The notes under the pieces are model-generated. The model did not search any database. It saw only the letters and a program-made list of their open reading frames with translations, and had not been told where the DNA came from. The translations under genes were made by a program, and so were the position numbers. Positions 11,448-26,543 of a DNA stretch of 64,000 bases are shown here, piece after piece. Every line of letters starts with the position of its first letter. The stretch's first letter is position 1. Origin of the DNA: Octopus vulgaris (lineage: Eukaryota); NCBI GenBank assembly GCA_951406725.2, contig OX597815.1, forward strand, positions 135,470,001 through 135,534,000, read 5' to 3'.

Positions 11448-13335
11448 CAGACAGACACAGAGAGAGAGAGAGCATAAAACATCTCAGTAGATCACTAAAC
11501 GTACATTCATGTATATTTGACACTATACACACTATGTACACGGAATATCTTGAAGCACATACTGTAAGGCAGTATGTGTATCAAGTGTATAAACGTTGAA
11601 ATCTCAATAGATGACCACATATGTACATCATGTATATGAATAGTACACAAGTACACATTTCATTATTTGTACGCATCCGATACTAGGGGGGATGAGAAAA
11701 ATAGAGTGTAACAGATCTAAGACAGAAACATACATACTCTCTTACACACATACATACACACACACACACACACATTTACACACAAACATGTGACTACCCA
11801 TGAAACGTGTATTTAAATGCTGAGTGTATGCATATTGCATATCTTACTGAGTATATATGAATGAAAAAATAAACGATATATATATATATATATATAGTCT
11901 CTGGGTGATCACGGTGATATATATACATATATATATAATGTTTGTATGTCTGTGTGTGTTTGTGTGTGCGTAATTATTCTTGTATCAAGCCTACACAGCT
12001 TCATATATGCAGAAATACATAATTGAACATCTAGACACTGAAGCAAACAAATATATACAAAGTTTTTTTCCATCAGTGAACCAGTATTTAAACGTGCCTT
12101 CTATTTGTAAACCCGACGGACATTTTGGACAACACGGTATTTGCATGTTAATGACATGCGACAGATGTACACCATAAGCCAACATACACGTATTATACAC
12201 CCTAACTCTATAATATATGTACGAGTATGTACGCGAATGTGTGTATGTGCGCGCGAGTTTGTGTGTACATGTGAGATGTGTGTGAGTATGTGTGTGCATA
12301 AAATACGAGAGATAATCGTACTTTGTATTACGCTTGTATGTGAGTCTGTGTAGGGTACGTGTACGTTTATGCGTTTTCATGGCAAAAATAAAAATAGAAA
12401 AGCACAACATAGACATTTACATAGATCCTATAGGCACAAACAACACATCTAGTTAGCAGATATCATAAATACACGCACATTTGAACGTATTTAGATAGCA
12501 AAATGCATAAATAGATGGAAATACCCAGCCATTACATCATTATCAAATAAAATAGTATATACCTAAAATCACGTTATCCATCTGTCCTCTTTTTTGAAGG
12601 CAGTAAGGGTGTGATTTGAGAGGCATCAGACTACTATTTCTAGTATGCCTTGCCAAGACTGATGCACCCGCGGATAGACAAAAAAAAAACAACAACAAAC
12701 AAAACCAAATAATAGGAGAGAGACAAAGAGGGAGTAAAAGGATGAAGAGACGAAGTTAAACAGAAATACAGGTACATATAAACAATATATATGTGTGTGT
12801 ATGTGTGTGTGTGTGTGTATACACATACATACAGAGAGCGAGAGTGACAGACAGACGGAGTGGGCGAAGGAATGAGAAAGAGTGGGAGAAGGAAAGAGAG
12901 CGACAGACAGGCACAGAGAAAGACGGCCATAGAAAAAGAGAGAGTGATAGTTGAACAACAAAGTGCTGCAACAGCAGCAGTCAACGTGTATTCCACTAAT
13001 GGTGCAGCTAGCATTACAGTGCAGAAAACACCACCACCAAGGTAGCTTAAAAGTGCACATGTGAATGCGTGCACCAGTCTTCTGCACTTCCTTCTTAGCA
13101 AAACGTTAATATCTCAATGTTTACGGGTGAGGAAAAGGCGGAAGCCTTGTACAACTGAGAGTATAAGTGCGTCTTATGTGTGAGTATATGGATGTATGTG
13201 TGTATACACACGTTATATATACATACATATATACATACATACATACATATATACATAAATACAAACAGACATTTACAAACCTGCATGTGTGCATTGTTGA
13301 CCGTAAGTTTCAACCACTGGCAAAAACTCGAAGTC

Positions 13336-13382
<47 letters not shown>

Positions 13383-13739
13383 GTATATATGTATGTATAT
13401 ATAAATGAATATATGAATCACTTCAATAGATATTGATTTTTTTCTTTATTCAGTATGCAATAAAATTATATATATGTATATATATATATAGTGAATATGT
13501 TTGCGTCCGTGCGTGCGTATGTGCGAGTGAGTGTATGTGTGTCCGCATGTATGCACATTCGTACATTGTATGTGTTTGTACATGAACGTCTGTGCGAGTG
13601 TGTAAGTTTATATGTGTATAAGAGTATGTCTATATCTGAGAATATATAAGTACATACACACACACACACACACACATACATACATACATACATACATATG
13701 GGTACATGTCATTTTCTATAGCCTCGTGTCAACCCATAC

Positions 13740-13979
13740 ATTGTAAGTCAAACTGGGGTTGACGGAAACTGTATCGAACCCCATCGAGTCGACTTACCCT
13801 TCAATTCAAAAGATAGAACTTTGTCACACACTAAATCAAGCTGATTCTATCTTCGAATTATGTGAAGGGTGCACGTGTCTGCAGAATGCTCAGCTACTTA
13901 CACGTTAATTCAAGAGCAGATAATTCGGTTCCTTGAACAACTCAATCCTCATCGAGAACCGACGGAGATCCACCATCAT

Positions 13980-13980
<1 letters not shown>
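13740..13980 (+). mobile_element. SINE family C 3' part (possibly fused to a family B fragment at 13700-13790)
   Basis: aagggtgcacgtgtctgcagaatgctcagctacttacacgttaatttca matches reverse complement of 43460-43515. Confidence 0.65.
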
Positions 13981-14042
<62 letters not shown>

Positions 14043-14489
14043 TGTATTATATTATAGGTACACGCGAAAGTGTGTGGTTAAGAAGGTAACTTCTGATTTA
14101 CATGATTTTTAAGTTCTATTCCACTATGCTCATAGGAGAATTTTTTCAACAAGTAAACCAAAAGCCTCGAGAGTAGTTGGCTTGATTCATTTCTCGACTT
14201 AACGGCATAAACATTGAGCCATTCGCGAGCTGGAAGAATTCGGATCGGGTATCAGATCTGAGGGTAACATCCTCTCGTCATCCAGCTAGACATGGAGTTA
14301 CTGAAATGGGTCAGGGTCGTTGCCGTCACTTCAATATTTTCGTTAAGACACGTAATAGCATACGTATACGTGTGTATCTGTGATGTTAAGTGTGTGCGTG
14401 TGATTACATATATACATACATTAAATATACACATTTAGCTATATATGACTAAACGTATGTGCATATATAAATATAAACATATGTATGTA

Positions 14490-14531
<42 letters not shown>

Positions 14532-14618
14532 CGACAAATGCGTATATATACATAAACATGGCTTACTTTCATCTATCTATATGTATGTATGTATACATGT
14601 ACGTATGCATAAGCATAA

Positions 14619-14662
<44 letters not shown>

Positions 14663-14730
14663 GTATATATAAACAGGTTTATGTGTGTGTACACATACGT
14701 AAATATAAACAGAGATTTATTTTATATATA

Positions 14731-14940
14731 GTAAATCCCCCAAAAGAAGACGAACAAACACAAACAGCAACAACGCGAGGACGTGGTACATGTAAAGTAA
14801 TAGCAGACGCTCAGGGAAGGAAAGAACGATGGTTTAACGTTTCGAGCGGATGCTTTTCTTCAGAAACAGAGGAAAGTCCAGTAGAAAGGAAGACGGAGGA
14901 AGAAAACCGCCAACGATTCACATGTGGTTACATTTTGAAG
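14731..14940 (-). mobile_element. (TA)n-flanked ~210-bp element with minimal hammerhead motif
   Basis: Unique block between TA tracts, containing the motif at 14832-14867. Confidence 0.55.
14832..14867 (-). ncRNA. Minimal hammerhead ribozyme-like motif
   Basis: Minus strand gttt-CTGAAGA-a-aagc-atcc-gctc-GAAA-cg-TT-aaac. Stem I gttt/aaac; palindromic aacgtt; one stem II mismatch. Confidence 0.6.
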
Positions 14941-15025
14941 TATATATATATATATACACACGCACACACACAAATATATATGTACATATATATGATATAC
15001 AAATACAGTATTAAATGAAATACAT

Positions 15026-15058
15026 AAACGTTTCGGACAAGAGTCCGTCTTCAGTTAG
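15026..15058 (-). ncRNA. Minimal hammerhead ribozyme-like motif
   Basis: Minus strand ctaa-CTGAAGA-c-ggac-tctt-gtcc-GAAA-cg-TT-t. Perfect stem II, palindromic aacgtt, weak stem I. Confidence 0.55.
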
Positions 15059-15552
15059 AAAATGAGAGGGAAAGAGGGATAAAACGGAATCAGTGTATAT
15101 GTGAAAAAAAAAATAATAATAACATTTATAAATATTTTGAAAGAAAGCAGGCGAGGGAATTTGAAAGGCCATAATCTAGAGGGTGGAATGCTGTTCTATG
15201 AGATGTCAAAAAGGAGAATAGAGTTGGATGTCTGAGTATGCGAAAATACGCACACACCCTAGACACATAACTAAGATGCAACTATATGTGTGTATGTGTG
15301 TGTAAATATGGATTATATTTATATATATATGCATATACACATACACACTATGTACATGTATATAAATCAACATAAACTTAGACACATATATATGCACATA
15401 CATAGGTATAAAAATTTATAGGCTTCACACACACATATATACCAAGATAGATATAGAGGTATTTATATATGCATGCAAGTATAAATGTACGTATATATGC
15501 GTGTGCGTGTGTGTTCGCGCGTATGTATACTTCATATACATGTGTATATATG

Positions 15553-15588
<36 letters not shown>

Positions 15589-16057
15589 CTTATATATACA
15601 TATATAAATATACATATATGTACATATATATATATATATACACACAAGCATACACCCTTCTCTACCTATATATATATATATATGAGTATATCATAAACGC
15701 GCGCGTGCGTGCATGTTTGAGTGTTTGTATATACACACACACACACAAACACACATACATATAAACAGAAGCTATTATCTTTGTAGACGTTTTAGCCTTG
15801 AGACTGCCACCACAATGTATCACTGACTTGAAAATTTTATTCGATGCAGTTGACCCTAGTCGATATTTTCGGTATGGTGTCTATTTCGCCAGTTGATTTC
15901 GCCGATCTTCTCAGCTCGTGAGAATGTAAACAAACAAACACCAGCCTTTCAAGCAGTTCCAGACAAATTCAAAGTCGGAAAGACACCTGCTTACATACAT
16001 AAACACCTAAACATACACAAGCTACATAAATTCATTAATATACATACACACACACAC

Positions 16058-16128
<71 letters not shown>

Positions 16129-16149
16129 TATGTGTGTGTGTGTGTTTGT

Positions 16150-16365
16150 GTAGATATGTTTGTGTTTGTCCCGCCCTCCAACATCAATTGAGAACCGATG
16201 CTGGTGTGTTTATGTCCCCGTAACTTAGTGGTTCAGCAAAAGAGACCAATAGAACAAGTACTAGGATTACAAAGAATAAGTCCTAGGGTCGATTTGCTCG
16301 ACTAAAGGCGGTGCTGCAGCATGGCCACAGTCAAATGACTGAAACAAGTAAAAGAATAAAAGAAT
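16150..16365 (+). mobile_element. SINE family B 3' half
   Basis: Near-identical to 40700-40898. Confidence 0.85.
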
Positions 16366-16377
16366 ACACATTCATGC

Positions 16378-16434
<57 letters not shown>

Positions 16435-16744
16435 GAGAGAAGAGAGAGAGACAGACAGACAGAGACAGACAGACAAACAAACAGAGACAAATGGTCAATG
16501 TAAGACTATCGTACACGACATGCCCGATGTGGTCGACGAGCGAAGTTCTTAAACATATAGCTATGTATGTATGCATTTACATACACATGCATATATACTG
16601 TTTATTTTCACACACACATACACATATAATACACATATATTTTATATGTATGTGTGCGCATACATATGTCACACATACACAAATATATAAGGAACATATA
16701 TTTAGATGCAGAGATTATATAATTACCAGCCACTAACCTATAGA

Positions 16745-17645
16745 GTGGCCTTGGGGAAAACATTGAAGAACCTGAACGTCTCCAAGTGGTTTTCTTTGTC
16801 TTTCAAAGAGACTTTGTGACAACCTGGTGGAGAAAAAACTTGAAAGCTTCAACCTTTTCACTGAATACGCACACGAATGCTGGGTCGATGGAATTACTCT
16901 CTTGGATCAGAAGCAGTTCTTTTTGAGAGCTCACCAGACTGTAAACGCATCCCAAATTAAAAAAAAAAAGATGTTTTTATCGTGGTATGCACGACTGGTC
17001 AGGCCAAGTTGCGACAAATGAGATTCAGTGACATGCATATAACTCGTGACGCTTCTACAACTATTTCAGAGCTTCTGACTCATCCACCATGCTAAGAACA
17101 TACGGACCCACACTATTGACATCGCCTTTGAAATATGGGCGAAGCATTTCCCCAGTATCCTGAACCACCTCCCTGCCGTGAAAGGGGCAGAAAAAGGTCG
17201 CTTGCCACAAGCAAGGATCAACATGTCACTTGCTGAACTTCCTAACAAAGATGAGGTCAAGTAGACCACAGACGTTCTATCCAATAACTAGACCCACTTA
17301 ACATGACGCCAGTGCAACCGAGATCTACAAGACTGACGATCCCCATTTTGTCTCAAAGCAAACCGAGCGCTTCTCTCAATAGAGAGCCAGGTTTCTATAG
17401 AAGTTCAGGGTCATCCCAATAGTCCATCTTTACAAGAACAACGGAAACCGTCAGTGCTGTGGCAACTACTAGAATATACCTATGCCGTTAATTGCTAGGT
17501 AGATCCTCTCCCGAGTAATATTGAACAAGCTAATTTATATTTTGAATATGATCTTTTGCCTAAGAGCCTGTACGGTTTTGGAGAGGACCGCCCGCAATCC
17601 AGTCGACTTGGTGCTTACAACACGCCAACTTCTGAAATGTCTTGC
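16745..17645 (+). mobile_element. Decayed RTE-clade LINE fragment (linker and RT N-terminus)
   Basis: IWAKHFPSILNHLP (cf. RWAEHF..VLNRP); QPRSTR/TEIYK; IVHLYKNNGNRQCCGNY...ILSRVILN (cf. IVHLYKRKG....CDN.RGISLL...GKILAR.LLNRL). Confidence 0.8.
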
Positions 17646-19705
17646 TGGTGATCTATCTGGCGTAGTCTCATAAGGAAAAACATAATCATAGCTTCTGAGG
17701 CATACTTCTAGACAAGGAGAAAATATGGGTGGCTAGACATCCCTGGCAAGTTCACTGCATTTCTTCTAGTGTTTCTAGATATCAGTTAATGATGTAATAA
17801 TAAAACAGTTCAAAAATAAAAATATGAGCCCTTCTCAGATTAATCAAACCTTACTATGAGTGATAGCTTGGCTACGAATCTGATCTGAGCAGAAGGACCT
17901 ATGAGAGTTCAGAGTCGCTAACAGATTAACACGTAAGTCTTGTCAGTCAGTTCCGAACACATCCATTAGTGATGTAATGGTCATTATCAATGTGAATGAA
18001 CAAGCGAGGATCGTATTCTGTCTGTGCAATTTGTCTGTTTGCATGTAGCTGTGTTCGTAAGACCATACGCAATCGCATGTTTTTCTTTTCAATAAATTAT
18101 TTCATAATTTGGCAAAAAGCACAGAGAACTCAGAGTAATGTCATTTTATTTTTGTCTACTTCCCTCTCCATCTCATACACACGTGTATATATCTTTATGT
18201 TTGTGTCTGAGCCTTAGTCTGTCAACGTGCGTGTGTTTGTCTAAGAGATCCAGACTAGCTTATATAATAAGTGTGGGAGGAGGAGACGATGCTGGTGGAA
18301 ATAAAATCAGCATCTGCTGGAATAGTTACGATGGCAATTAGTTGGCTATGATAATGATGATGGTTTCTAACTTCAACAAGTATTGATTTCTAACTTTGCA
18401 ATAATACATAACAATAATGATTTCTAATACAGGGATAACAAGCAGATATTTGGGGAGAGGAAACATACTCGATGAAAACAGCACCTGGGTGTGAATTCTT
18501 GAATTCTTTCTATCGCCCCTGGAGGGATGAAAGCCATGTTGGAAAACGTTCCCAGTATGAATAGTTTCTTTTGAGGGTATAGTCGATAAAATCGACAATA
18601 GTATTTGACTGCTGCTTTATTTTATCGATTTCGGTAGCTTGAAAAGCAAAGTCGTCTTTGGCGGGATTTGAACATAAAATGTAAAGGGAACTAAATACTG
18701 CAAGATTTTCAGTTCATTGACCCACGGGTTCTGTTATTCCAAGTAGTAGTAGTAGTATCTACATTTAGCTCAAGGCCACACATTTATAAAGGATAGAAAA
18801 ATCAACTGAATCGACTCCTGGTATATGACTGGTACCAACTATATTGACTTCGAAGGGGTGAAGCAAGAGACCTTGAGGAGAAATACAGTTTTGTGTCCCA
18901 ATTTATTTTAGCTTTTTTTTCTATTGATTTATTCATTATTATTCTGAATATAATGTTCTATTTTGTCGGCCCTTTTGGCAAAATAAAGTTATTTATTCAG
19001 ACTGTTATTATTGTTTAGCGCAAGGTCACTCAGTTTGGGGAGAACTATGACCGAAAATAGATACATACAGCCGGAACCCAGTCGGTCTTGGGAGTTGTAA
19101 CTAAAACAGTAGGGTTACGATTTGAAAGAAGATTTGGCTGTTTGTTCTAGCAGGTCTAGCGATATTATAGTGGATTCCAGAGTGTAATGAATGCGTGACT
19201 ATAAAGGCGTTTGGATCATGTAAGTAAAAATAAATATATCTATATGAGAAGACGGTTTTAGACAGTCAGACAGGAAGACCGATAAATAAACAGACAAATA
19301 CACAAACCGACAAATATGTAAGTAGGTACGAAGATAGGTAGCTAGGTAGTAAGTAGATTGATAAATATTTGGATCGATAGATAGTAAAATAAACAGAAAA
19401 GCAGACAGATAGATGCATAGACAAACCCCGGATATAGCAATGTGTGTGCGTGTTTGTGTATGTATGTATGTACATATATTTATATATGTATGTATATAAA
19501 TACACACACACAGAGAATTAGATTAGTAGGAAGATATATAAATGGGTACACAAAAGTGTAAGATAGATGAATAAACGGAGAGAAAAAGAGACAGATAGAC
19601 ATCTGTAGGCACAGACATAACTAAGCTATTTCGGTGTACACATATTAGGCAATGCATGTGTTAACTGATGGTCGGTGAAAGCAAGCAGGCTCTACATACA
19701 TACAA

Positions 19706-19792
<87 letters not shown>

Positions 19793-21929
19793 TGTGTCTC
19801 AACCTTTTTTACACGTACTCGAGCCATGTGTATGCTTGCAATCTCAATACACACGTGTTAAAGTGTGAGCAATATATATGCATACACATACATACATACA
19901 TACATACATTCATACATACATATATATAGTAACACTCCCAAGCATGTGCGTTTATGGTTCATTTAGATCTGTTTTCTAATTTACACACATGTATAGTACA
20001 CATGTAAAATGCAAGCTACATACACACACCCCACACATGTGTACATGTTTGTGTGTGTGTGTGTGTGTGTGCAAAAACATTCCGACAATCAGGCAAGCCT
20101 GTAAATTTGTATATTAATTTAGTTATTCGTTTGTTGGTTTGCTAATGTTCCCCGATGGCATAAAATGAATGTTGAGAACAACAAAGCTACTATGCACTAA
20201 ATATATATATAAATATTGAATAAGACCGGATTAAAGTTGTAAATACACACACAAACATATGCATACACATTACATATATAGAGTCAGCGATTTGTGATGC
20301 CTTCATGTAAGGACGGGTGTATGTATGATGAAGCAAAGAACATGGGTGAAACTTCTTTTACAATGTAAACGAAGTCAAACACAAGACAGAAAGTCCCAGA
20401 CTACCAAGGCATTGGTGAGAATAATTATAATAATAATAATGTTTCTTTTAAATAATGATAACGATAACAATTAAGGAATTAAAGAAGAAAGCAAGGAGAA
20501 ATGAAAAAAGGGTGGTGATGGTTTCCTTACCTGACTTATTCCATATAATAAATCCGTTTTGATGCTGAGAATGCAGTCGGTATGGTGACTATATACCAAT
20601 ACAGGGTATAGACCTATATTATGTATGTACGGTATGTATGTACTCGCATATATGTACGGGTTATGTATGTGTCTAAATATTTGTGTGTATACAAGCGTGA
20701 GTATGCACGTCCTTATAGCGAGTTGGTGTGTATATGTGTGTGTGTTTATAGTTATATAGTATGTGTTTGCGTAATTCTGTGTGTTATATATTTTTCTCAG
20801 ACCATAACAAACGTGAAGTTGAACGAGAGAAAGAGAAAAGCAAAATAAACGAGAGAGTTGCCGAGTGATAGACAGAGAGAAATAGAGAGAAAGAAACGTG
20901 TGAGAGAGAGAGAAGGGTGTAATAGTAGAAAAAAAACTGCTCAGTAAAAGCATTGAGAGACTGAATGATAGAATGAGAGAGGGGGAGTGAAGCACTTGTA
21001 ATAGTGTTTGTGGGTAATAGTGGTGGTGGTGGTGCTGTGGAGGATAATGGTGCTGGAGGTAGTAGGAGTTACGTTGGTCGACGTCGTCGTCGTAGTAGTA
21101 GTAATAGTAAAATGGTGTAACAGCAGTAGCAGTCGTAGTGGTGCGACTTGTTATGACGACGACGGCAGCCGTCGTAGTGATCGGGGCGGTGGTGGTGGTG
21201 GTGGTGGTGATGGATGAGACCCGGTGTTGAATGGTGAAGCGTAACAGTGTAAGGATTGCTGTAATCATGAGAAGGGGAGGAAAGTCATACCACTTCCCCC
21301 GCTCTGTCTTTCACTTTTTATTCTTCTCTCTCTCTCTCTCTCTCACTCTTCCTCCTCTCTGCTTTTTACTTTTACTCTGCTACCGTTACTTCGTCTTTCC
21401 CCCACTCAGTCTTTCTCACTTTCCTGCTCTCACTTCCTTTTCCTCTTAATATCACATTATCTCTACAACGCCCTCTCGCTCTCTTTCTCTCTCTCCCTCA
21501 GTCCATGTTACCTTTAAATTCGTTCTTGTTTTCTCTCTTAGCTTTTCAGTCTATTTATCTCTTTCTCTGTCTCTCATTCCCTTCTCTCTCTGTCTCTCAG
21601 GTTTTCATCTTTAGTTTTAAATCAGTCACTGTACACCACCCTCTCTATGTTGTCTTTATATTTCTTCTCTCTCTCTCTCAATCACTTTCTCTCTCTCTCT
21701 CAATCACTTTCTCTCTCTCTCTCAATCTTTCTCTTTCTCTCTCTCTTTTTTCTCAGTATACTCTAAACCCTCTCTATTTCAATTTTAAGTCTTGCAACTT
21801 CTCTCTCTCTCTCCATACATATGGTTGCGCGCGTATATATATATATATATGCATATTTGTATACGCACATGTATCTGTATGTATACACACACACGTATAT
21901 ATTTGTACATACACTCATACATATATATA

Positions 21930-21960
<31 letters not shown>

Positions 21961-21961
21961 G

Positions 21962-22047
<86 letters not shown>

Positions 22048-22082
22048 GTACATACACTCATACATATACATACATATATATT

Positions 22083-22123
<41 letters not shown>

Positions 22124-22168
22124 AATACTAGATTTCTAAATCTCTCGTAGAGACATGTCCCACCACCG

Positions 22169-22222
<54 letters not shown>

Positions 22223-22265
22223 TACACTGATACATATACATACATATATCAGTATGTATATATCA

Positions 22266-22307
<42 letters not shown>

Positions 22308-22544
22308 GTATAGAGATATGCATATATTATATTTATATATGTATGCATAAACACACATATATACAAGTATATTTATATATTTATATATACACACATATTT
22401 ATATGCATTTGTATACACGTATATATATAATGTGCGTATGTGTATCACTTTATTTCATTTCCCAGTTTATCTTAATATCCCTTGTCTTTTAACCACATAC
22501 GCTCGATATACACTTTTACATGATAACCTCCTCATCTCTCGATT

Positions 22545-22589
<45 letters not shown>

Positions 22590-22795
22590 TATCAGTGTGT
22601 GTATATCTATTTATTTATCAGTGTATGTATAAATATATATATCTTTATCTATGTGTGTATATATATTTATCACTGTGTATGGATGTATATATATATATAA
22701 ATCTCTATATATGTATGATTGATTTAAGTATGTTTCTTCATTTTCTAATTTTGTAGTTATATATAAATCTATATATTTGTTTATTTATCGCTGTG

Positions 22796-22834
<39 letters not shown>

Positions 22835-22877
22835 CTCTCTCTATATATATTTATCGGTGTGTGTGTGTGTATGTATG

Positions 22878-22927
<50 letters not shown>

Positions 22928-23129
22928 TATATATAAATCTATATATATATTTATCGCTGTGAATGTGTGTGTGTGTATGTATGTATATATATATATATAA
23001 ATCTATATATTTATTTATTTATCGCTGTGCATGTGTGTGTGTGTGTATGTATGTATATATATATATATACATACATATATACATACATATATACATACAT
23101 ATATACATACATATATACATACATATATT

Positions 23130-23186
<57 letters not shown>

Positions 23187-23332
23187 GTGGTTACTTTTTG
23201 GACTCAGCTCTGCCGTTCACCAGATGAAACATCTTGCAAGTTGTAACCTTTCTAAATTATATAACAGTCTTCAAACGCATTGAGCACATTTTTTTTTCTT
23301 ATTTGCAGACACCTTAGTAGTTTGATTAAGGA

Positions 23333-23371
<39 letters not shown>

Positions 23372-23454
23372 CTACTACTACTACCACCACCACCACCACC
23401 ACTTCTCTCTCTCTCTTTCTCTTACATCATGCATATATATATATATATATATAC

Positions 23455-23487
<33 letters not shown>

Positions 23488-23614
23488 TGTATGTATGTAT
23501 GTATATATATATATATATATATATTGGTGTACAGGTATTCCCAGTAATACTGCTAAGATGTCTAAACTACAAACGCTCACTTTACTTTTTGCATTTTTAA
23601 CCCTCTTTTGCATC

Positions 23615-23658
<44 letters not shown>

Positions 23659-24327
23659 TTCTGACACACACACACATGACACATGCACGTACGCACGCAT
23701 ACACCTATTCTTACAAGGTACCTGCAAATCAAGAAAAATAGTCAACGTCTATCACATGTGTGTGTGTGTGTGTGTGTGTTTGATTGCGCGCGCGCGTACT
23801 CTTCTGGGTGCTCTATATTCTAATACTCTTGTCTTTCACTACTTCGATGTGTTACACACTCTTCTTTCATCTTACCTCTCTACTTACGCCACCCTTAATA
23901 TGTTATCTCTCTCTCACTCACTCTCTCTCTCTCTCTCTCTCTCACGCGCGCTTTCTTCTCTATTCTCCATATAGCTCTATTTATAGTTTTACACTTCTTT
24001 CTTTTATAATTTTTTTTTTCTCTCTCAATATATTCCTACTTCTTTCTATTTCTGCAACAATTATTCTCACTAAATCTTCTTTGCTTCTCTCACTGATTAG
24101 TTTCTCTTTTTGCCTTTGCTTCTTCGCCTCGTTTTCTTTACTCTCTCTCTCTCTCTTTTCATTACCTTCTCCATCAGTTTATCATCATTGCTTTCTCTAT
24201 TTTACACAATTTCATATAAATGTCAATCAATCAATCAAGTTATCTCTCCCTCTCTCTTTATCTTTCCCCCTCTTTATCTATCATCTATCTATCTGTGTAT
24301 CTGTCTCTCTCTCTCTATATATATATG

Positions 24328-24360
<33 letters not shown>

Positions 24361-24385
24361 GTCTCTCTCTCTATATATATATATG

Positions 24386-24434
<49 letters not shown>

Positions 24435-24908
24435 GTATCTCTCTATATATGTATCCCTATCTCTTTCTTTCTATCTGTCTGTCTTTCTTGTCAGTCTGTT
24501 TATACATCTGTCTACCTGTTTTCTCTTTTTAAATGTTCTTCTTTACACTTTTTGAATGTATTCTCTCGCTGTCTAATTTAATTTTCCTTTCTCTCTCCCT
24601 CACTCACTCTCTCTCTCTCTGGAATACTCTCATATTTTTATTCTTTCTATAATTTTTTATCCTAAACTCCACTTATGCATAACAAATGGCTTGCGTTAAT
24701 TAGTTATGGACCTTTACGTTCCGAGTTCAAATTCCTCTGAGGTCAACCTTGTCTTTCATTTTTTTTCCGAGGGTGATAAAATAAAATATTAGTCAAGTAC
24801 TGGTCGATTTATATTCCTGTAAAGCATCAATCATATGAATGGAATTATAATTGTAATATTTTTGTTAAGTAGTATTATTATTCAATACACGCACTCACAC
24901 TCCAGTCT

Positions 24909-24939
<31 letters not shown>

Positions 24940-26478
24940 TCACACAATCCGGTCTCACACACACACACCTACATACACATACACATACACACACGCGCGC
25001 ACTTATGAACATCTCCTTTTTTTTCGTGTTTTTGCAAGGTTTTGTCACATTTTGACTTTTCTCCACTTAAGGCCATTACAAGGTTTAATCTGTCTCTGAC
25101 CCATCTCTCACCTGCAGACAAGCTTTCAATTTCTTCATGTTCCTCTCTTTTTCTCTCTCACCCAGCGCCTCTCTCTCTCTCTCTTTCTCTCTCTCTCTAT
25201 GTCAATATATTCGCTTCTCTCTCCCTCTTTCTCTCTCTCCCCCTCTCTTTCTCTTTCCCCCTCTCTCTCTCTCTTCCACCTTTTGCCGTTTAGCTGAGTG
25301 ACTTACTTTCACATTCTAACTTGGTCTTTCTTTATTACATTCATATTTTCCCCCGTCTTCAGCAATATATTATTGTTTCGTTTTGATTAGTGCAAAAGCA
25401 CGAAGTTGTAAGAAAAAAATAAATAAATAAATTTTTAAAAAATAAATAAAAATAAATAAATGAATAACTGAATCGACCAAGTCGACCTCAATACATCCCT
25501 GGTACTCGTTTTATCGATCCCGGTTGGAGGATCTTTTCAATTTGTTTCTTTTTTACTTTCTGTACATTCTATCATTGTTTTCCCATTAACATACATTCCT
25601 TTCTAATATATTTTTAATCGCTCTCTCCTCTCTCTCTTTCTCCTCCCATCTCCATCTCCCCGCGTTAACTCTTTCACTGATTCTTATCCGGTTCTTTCCA
25701 ACGACGAAGGGGTCTGTGCTGTGCGGCGGTCGCTCAACCTGCTAGATATAGGTAGGTATTCAAAGAGAGAGAAAAAAAAATAGAGAGGCAGAATAAACGA
25801 AACGAGAGAGAACAATCAGTGTAAGCAATAATTGAATTGCATGTACAAGTGTAATTTTGTTCTTTTTTCCCATCTTTTAATTCACTCTTCTCAACCCTCT
25901 TCCACCTCCATTGCCTTCTATTTCCTCTTCATTAATTTTCTTACTCATTGTTCTTGCTAAATATTTTTTGTTTTTGTTTCATTAAGATTAAAAAATTTTT
26001 ACTTTTCTTTTTCCCCTCCCTAACTCTTCCTTCCCCTCTTCTTCACTATACCACACTCTCTCTCTCTCTCTTTCTGCCATCACTACCGACTGTTCTTTCG
26101 TTCTACTTTACTTTCAGTGTTGTTTCATTACGTAACTGTTACTTTCACTCTCATTCTTTCAATACATCCATCCTCCGGGTTTTATCGTCGTCTTGTATTT
26201 CTCAGTCACTCCTCTTCATTCACTCACTCACTCACTCACTCACACTGTCTCTCGTCTCTCAATATCGTCTTCGGTGAATGTAGTATTTCCTTGTGCGCGC
26301 GTGTATGTATGTATGTGTGTGTGTGTGTGTATTTGTGCGCGTGCGTCTCTGCGTGTGCATATTTGTTGCTCAAAACATGACTATGTTCAAATCTGGGGTA
26401 CGAAAGAACATGTTTTCAGTAAGACAGTTAAAATAAAAGCCTGTTCTACATACTATATGCGCGCGTGTGTATGTGTGT

Positions 26479-26543
<65 letters not shown>

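Noticed and set aside
23214-23255. cagatga-aac...gtt-gtaa as a degenerate hammerhead
   Set aside because: Both core boxes are mutated and there is no stem I; compatible with chance
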